In this document: piece by piece, positions 60,128-64,000 of the stretch
Layout: each line of letters opens with the position of its first letter
Position numbering within the stretch: the stretch's first letter is position 1
Origin: an uncultured Acidobacteriaceae bacterium
GTDB lineage: Bacteria; Acidobacteriota; Terriglobia; Terriglobales; Acidobacteriaceae
Assembly (NCBI GenBank): GCA_963805955.1
Contig: CAWDVZ010000019.1
Location: 49,368 to 113,367 of the forward strand
DNA length: 64,000 bases
Direction of reading: 5' to 3'
Program-made: the position numbers and the translations under genes
Notes under the pieces: model-generated
What the model saw: the letters and a program-made list of their open reading frames with translations, nothing else
The model's database searches: none
Told to the model about the DNA's origin: nothing

Positions 60128-60535
60128 ACGTAAGTTCTGCTGCCGACGGACTCTGTGACCCATCCGTAACACGATTCTTCTTACTGCTGGGACATACTCC
60201 CCCGAATAGCACTTGCTCTCGGGCAGTCTCTCTGTGTATTATCGGTTTTGCCTATCGAGCGGCTGTAGCCAGATCTCAAATGTGAGTCAAGCTCGCCGCA
60301 ATTCTCGAGAGTCAATCGGTTTTTCTGCCGCGTCGCAAATGCTGGCCCAAGAGTGATGTTTGCCGGGTCAATCAATGGCGGTACAGATAACACCAGTAGT
60401 TTGTTTTGAGAGATCAAATCGTAGGTTCCGCCCCAGGAAACAAGAGTGCAGCTAATCTCTGCCCTTTCCCCCGTCCGGGGAGGGATCGTGTCTGAGTAAG
60501 CTGCAAGAATTGCCAACGCACCGGGATGTGCATGC

Positions 60536-61405
60536 ATGACAGAGCAAAATCAACCACAGGCGCAGCCGAATCAGGCCCAGCCTGGGGGACAGACTGAAGG
60601 GCAAGGGCATCGTCGCCGGCGCCGTAGACGTAAGGGTTACTCGAACAATCAGGCAAAGGCCAACGCTGAAGCTGGCCCAGGGTCTGGACAGATCCATCCG
60701 CCCAAAAAAGCGGCCAAGCCCAAGTCATCCGGCCAAAACCGCTTTGCCGCCAAAAACGGCAATGGCGGTGCGCACGGAGCCTTGAATAACGGCGGCGGCG
60801 GCGCCAACAATAGCGGCCGGCGCAAAGGCAAGCAGCGGCGCCAGCAGACCTTTGTTGGTCCCATGGATCATAGTTATCGCGTGGTGAACGGCAACACTGC
60901 GGACGCGCCTTACTCCATGGCGGAATTCCGTGGCAACGGCCACAACGGGCACTTTGTGGATACTGCGCCCAAGGATCCCGTTGTCGTCCCCGTCCGGGAA
61001 GACGCTCCCACTCGCATTTTCTGCTTCATCGAGGATTTGTTCTTCCTGGCCAAAATTCAGGAGGCGGCGCGAAAAATAGGCGTCAAGGTAGCCTTCGTTA
61101 AGGCTGACAAGGACATCGTGTCCCGGCTGGCGGATGTTCCCGAGGGCAGTCGGCCTTCTCTGATCGTTTTTGATCTGAACAATGTCGGTGCCAAACCGCT
61201 GACCTTGATTCCGCGTCTAAAGAGCAAGATGAAGCGCGGCACCTCAGTGATTGGTTTTCTCTCTCATTTGCAGGGTGATCTGAAGGCTAAGGCCATGGAA
61301 GCCGGCTGTGACATGGTGATGCCGCGCTCTGCCTTTTCTCAGAACCTCCCCAACCTCCTGCGCCGCCACGGACTCGACGCCGAGTTGGAGGCAATAGAGG
61401 CGTAA
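60536..61405 (+). CDS. Receiver (REC)-domain protein with a long disordered, basic, Q/N/G/R-rich N-terminal region
   Basis: The C-terminal roughly 125 aa align to the CheY pattern (ED acidic pair, VFDLN phospho-Asp position, GFLSH, then VMPRS with Arg in place of the conserved Lys). The N-terminal roughly 150 aa are low-complexity. The start site is uncertain. Confidence 0.6.
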   Translation: MTEQNQPQAQPNQAQPGGQTEGQGHRRRRRRRKGYSNNQAKANAEAGPGSGQIHPPKKAAKPKSSGQNRFAAKNGNGGAHGALNNGGGGANNSGRRKGKQRRQQTFVGPMDHSYRVVNGNTADAPYSMAEFRGNGHNGHFVDTAPKDPVVVPVREDAPTRIFCFIEDLFFLAKIQEAARKIGVKVAFVKADKDIVSRLADVPEGSRPSLIVFDLNNVGAKPLTLIPRLKSKMKRGTSVIGFLSHLQGDLKAKAMEAGCDMVMPRSAFSQNLPNLLRRHGLDAELEAIEA

Positions 61406-61571
61406 ATTATCAGGTTGCGATCCACTCGTTCAGCTCAATCGTGGTTACATAAACTCTATGGCGGCGACAAATAACAACCTAACTCGCATAGTTCGCTTCG
61501 TTCGAACTTTTTGGCGCGGCCACCTTCCCATCGAGCCCGTGGATTTGTCCTACGGCTCGTTCCAGCTGGTG

Positions 61572-61910
61572 CTACCCCGGCGGCCAATGCATCGGGCGCC
61601 CGCCCAGCAGGTGGAGGTGGAGGTGGTCCACAGTTTGCCCGCCGTCGGGACCGCTGTTGATCACGGTACGAAAACCATTTGACAGTCCTTCGTTGACCGC
61701 AATTCGTGCCGCTACCAATTGAAGATATCCAAGCAATTCCTGGTGTTCGACGCCTGTCTCCGCCAGGGATGCGATGTGTTTCCGTGGCACCACCAGCACG
61801 TGCGTGGGTGCCTGTGGGTTGATGTCCCGGAACGCATAGGTCAAATGGTCCTCAAAGACCATCTTTGAGGGAATCTCGCCGGCGATGATTTTGCAGAATA
61901 AACAGGGCAT
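61572..61910 (-). CDS. HIT-family (histidine triad) nucleotide hydrolase
   Basis: CLFCKII N-terminus and HLHLHLLGG histidine triad. Confidence 0.9.
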   Translation of the reverse strand: MPCLFCKIIAGEIPSKMVFEDHLTYAFRDINPQAPTHVLVVPRKHIASLAETGVEHQELLGYLQLVAARIAVNEGLSNGFRTVINSGPDGGQTVDHLHLHLLGGRPMHWPPG

Positions 61911-61921
61911 GGATAACAATC

Positions 61922-63142
61922 CTACTTGCTGAAGTATCGTGGATGGGCGCCTTCTTGCCACGGATCGTAATTTGCGGCGAACGCCTCGCGCTCCGCGATC
62001 GGCGGGTGAGTATAGGTCCAGAAGACAACGAAAGGCGACGGATAGGGATACTCGAGCGATTGTTCCCCCTCCCGCTGGAATGACTCGGCGTCTACTTTTT
62101 GCGGGTCGGCTACGATCCCATGCACCACCTCAATTCCGAAAACATCCGCCTGGTGCTCCTGTAGCCGGCTAATGCTATTGCTGATGGGCTCGGCAATGAA
62201 GGAGAGGAGAGCCAGCGCCAGCAACAGCACACCGGTTGCCGCCCAATCTTCGAGCGAGGCGACATGCCATCGTGGCCCGTAGCGTAGGACCAGCCATCGT
62301 GCCAAGCGGGCGCCGATCCAAAGGAAGAAGAAAGACAGCACCGCTCCTATCGCCATCCCGCGCTCGATGTGGTGCAGCACGTAATGGCCGAGTTCGTGGC
62401 CGAATACCAGCAGAGTTTCGTCGGTAGGGGAGCTCTTGATGGTGTTATCCCAAACCACCACCCGCCGTGAAGACCCAAAGCCGGTGACGTAGGCGTTGGA
62501 GCTGGTGTACTTTTCGCTGGCCTTCATCAGGAACATGCGTGACGGCGGAATGGAAACCCCGGTCTTGGCTACCACTCGTTCCAGTTGCTCTACCAGCGCC
62601 GGATTAGTCTGGGCCAGCGGTTCAAAGTGATTGAACATGGGGTCAACGACCAGGGGCAGCACGAAAACAAGCAGCACCTGCATCGGCAGGGACAAAATCC
62701 AAAGCCAGATCCACCACCAGCGTGAGTTTCGGATCAGAGCGAAGAGTACGGAAAGAATGAAAGTTCCGGAGACCAGGTCAAGCATCACGGCCTTAACCCA
62801 GTCCGCAAACCAGCTACTCCAACCCTGGATGGACTGACCGTAGCTGAGCGAGATGTGATGGCCCAGGACAGCCAGGGGTAGGTGGAATAGAGATAGCAGC
62901 AGCAGGATCACGGGGGCGAAACAAAAGCCCTGCAGCCATGGCTTGTGTGTGACCGAGGCTGCCCATGTGCCCACGCCTGCGAACCAGCGAAAATTCAGCA
63001 AACCCAGCAGAACGGCTAAGCTCCACAGGGTCGAGCCGAAATCGAGCCCGGTCCGCCAATGGTAAAGCGAACGGGCACGCGCCAGCTCACCTGGAGGGAG
63101 TGAGTACACCAGCCTGGGAATATCGGTGAGCAAGAGGATCAT
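61922..63142 (-). CDS. M48-family zinc metalloprotease (Ste24/HtpX-like) with an N-terminal polytopic region
   Basis: HELGHYVLHH zinc motif and several TM segments. The ATG at 63142 is preferred because the upstream part of the ORF is encoded by a family B repeat. Confidence 0.8.
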   Translation of the reverse strand: MILLLTDIPRLVYSLPPGELARARSLYHWRTGLDFGSTLWSLAVLLGLLNFRWFAGVGTWAASVTHKPWLQGFCFAPVILLLLSLFHLPLAVLGHHISLSYGQSIQGWSSWFADWVKAVMLDLVSGTFILSVLFALIRNSRWWWIWLWILSLPMQVLLVFVLPLVVDPMFNHFEPLAQTNPALVEQLERVVAKTGVSIPPSRMFLMKASEKYTSSNAYVTGFGSSRRVVVWDNTIKSSPTDETLLVFGHELGHYVLHHIERGMAIGAVLSFFFLWIGARLARWLVLRYGPRWHVASLEDWAATGVLLLALALLSFIAEPISNSISRLQEHQADVFGIEVVHGIVADPQKVDAESFQREGEQSLEYPYPSPFVVFWTYTHPPIAEREAFAANYDPWQEGAHPRYFSK

Positions 63143-63210
63143 TAGCGGCTCAGGACTCAGAGAAGACGTTGGCTTCTTGCATTTCCAACTCGCCGCAAAG
63201 CTTTGCGGCA

Positions 63211-63300
63211 AAGCGTCATTCCGCAAAAGCGTCATCCTGAGCGGAGCGCCTTGCAGATTTCTCGCGTGACACAGCGCTGTGGCGCGGAGTCGAAGGACCT
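63211..63300 (+). repeat. Family B repeat variant (GTCATCCTGAGCGGAGCG...GAGTCGAAGGACCTC)
   Basis: Shares the GTCATCC(C/T)GAGCG and GGACCT cores with the other family B copies. Confidence 0.6.
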
Positions 63301-63397
63301 CGATGGTGCTTATCTTACCCATGGTGCTTGTGGCTTTTCAACCGCCGTAGCCCGCAGCGGGCTCGGTCTTCTCTGGCTTCCGTGGTCGAAAACACCC

Positions 63398-63473
63398 ATA
63401 TGGCGCATATGGCGCACATTCCACCCATACGGCGCATAGGGCGCTTATGGCGCACATTCCACCCACAGGGTGC
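63398..63473 (+). repeat. Ordered short-repeat array: (9-mer)x2, an 11-mer, (9-mer)x3, the 11-mer again, then one 9-mer
   Basis: 9-mers: ATATGGCGC, ATATGGCGC, ATACGGCGC, ATAGGGCGC, TTATGGCGC, ACAGGGTGC. The 11-mer ACATTCCACCC occurs at 63416-63426 and 63454-63464. Confidence 0.8.
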
Positions 63474-63554
63474 AAACTTTCCTGAGACCTGGACGGTCCG
63501 GGGAACGGGTTTTCAACCCGCGAAAGTCCAGGAAACCTGGACTGTGGCACCGGA

Positions 63555-64000
63555 TCAATCCAAACGGACCAGATAAGCCCCACCTTCGCTGGGCTGCAAG
63601 TCGTGGGCAATCTCAACCGCGCGTCCCCGATCATCTTCCAGCGGACGAATGCGCACCCAGTGACCAGTCGGTCCAGTAAACTCGATCACATTCGCACTAC
63701 GATATTTGCGCGTGAGCTGGTCGCGCAGTTTATTTGCCCCCTTTTCATCCTTGAACGCGCCAATCTGCACGCACCAACGGCCGCCGCGGTCAAGCGGTGC
63801 CGGTGCGGCGAATACCTCCACCCGCACCCGGGCCACGCCAGGCCTCCACACCCCGATCGCTTTAGCGGATGCCAGCGATAGATCAAGCGTTCGATCAGGC
63901 ACGAAAGGTCCCCGGTCTGTCACTCGTAAGATTACAGATTGTCCAGTCGACAAATTAGTGACCTTAATGAGGGAATTCATGGGCAGCGTTCGGTGGGCCG
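63555..64000 (-). CDS. rlpA: Septal-ring lytic transglycosylase RlpA-family protein (DPBB domain plus C-terminal SPOR domain). The 5' end lies outside the window.
   Basis: ..HRTLPMNSLIKVTNLSTGQSVILRVTDRGPFV..R.LDLS (DPBB) and WCVQIGAFKDEKGANKLRDQL (SPOR). The ORF is open to the window edge. Confidence 0.8.
   Translation of the reverse strand, partial: AHRTLPMNSLIKVTNLSTGQSVILRVTDRGPFVPDRTLDLSLASAKAIGVWRPGVARVRVEVFAAPAPLDRGGRWCVQIGAFKDEKGANKLRDQLTRKYRSANVIEFTGPTGHWVRIRPLEDDRGRAVEIAHDLQPSEGGAYLVRLD

Noticed and set aside
60181-60537. A 118-aa minus-strand ORF with an RTGER (RxxxR-like) string, considered as a degenerate PilZ domain.
   Set aside because: The second PilZ motif (D/NxSxxG) is not present in register. 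Its start codon overlaps the divergent REC gene start, leaving no promoter space. Support is too weak for a feature call.
63398-63473. The short-repeat array considered as a CRISPR array.
   Set aside because: The repeat units are only 9-11 bp and directly abut each other with no spacers. No cas genes are nearby. This is not CRISPR architecture.

Overview
A 64-kb, moderately GC-rich chromosomal segment from a Gram-negative (diderm) bacterium. The gene content (LpxI-type lipid A genes, BamA/Skp, a large exopolysaccharide locus) and the dense palindromic intergenic repeats look most like Acidobacteriota, but that taxonomic guess comes from memory and is not a computed result.

Layout:
- 1-30.8 kb: a Wzx/Wzy-type exopolysaccharide (EPS) or O-antigen-like locus. 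It holds nucleotide-sugar epimerase and dehydrogenase genes, a Wza-like exporter, a Wzz/GumC-like co-polymerase, five GT2 glycosyltransferases, one GT4, one WbsX, a priming sugar-phosphate transferase, two flippase-like proteins, two FkbM methyltransferases, one class-I methyltransferase, an O-acetyltransferase, a secreted beta-helix protein and a propeller-type lipoprotein. A gatC / membrane protein / gatA / FmdE block interrupts it.
- 30.9-64 kb: housekeeping genes. These are tyrS, an IS1182-like insertion sequence, fabZ-lpxA-lpxI, bcp, a histone-H1-like protein, an MltD-like transglycosylase, lepA, skp, bamA, a molybdopterin oxidoreductase, frr, lipA, a cytochrome c, dacB, folP, purA, mutM, a receiver-domain protein, HIT, an M48 protease and rlpA.

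No rRNA, tRNA or CRISPR array was recognised.

Two features run through the whole window:
1. About 20 single-base frameshifts, almost all in short homopolymer runs. They hit essential genes (gatA, gatC, purA) as well as accessory ones, so they are most likely assembly indel errors rather than real pseudogenes.
2. At least five families of palindromic REP/MITE-like repeats occupy nearly every long intergenic region. One copy appears to have been the target of the IS insertion.

I found no clear-cut novel defence or mobile system. The best second-look candidates are the repeat families, a bipolar acidic/basic histone-like protein, a roughly 187-nt structured intergenic element after lepA, an ordered 9-mer array, a regulatory-looking leader in front of the priming glycosyltransferase, and several unusual domain architectures.
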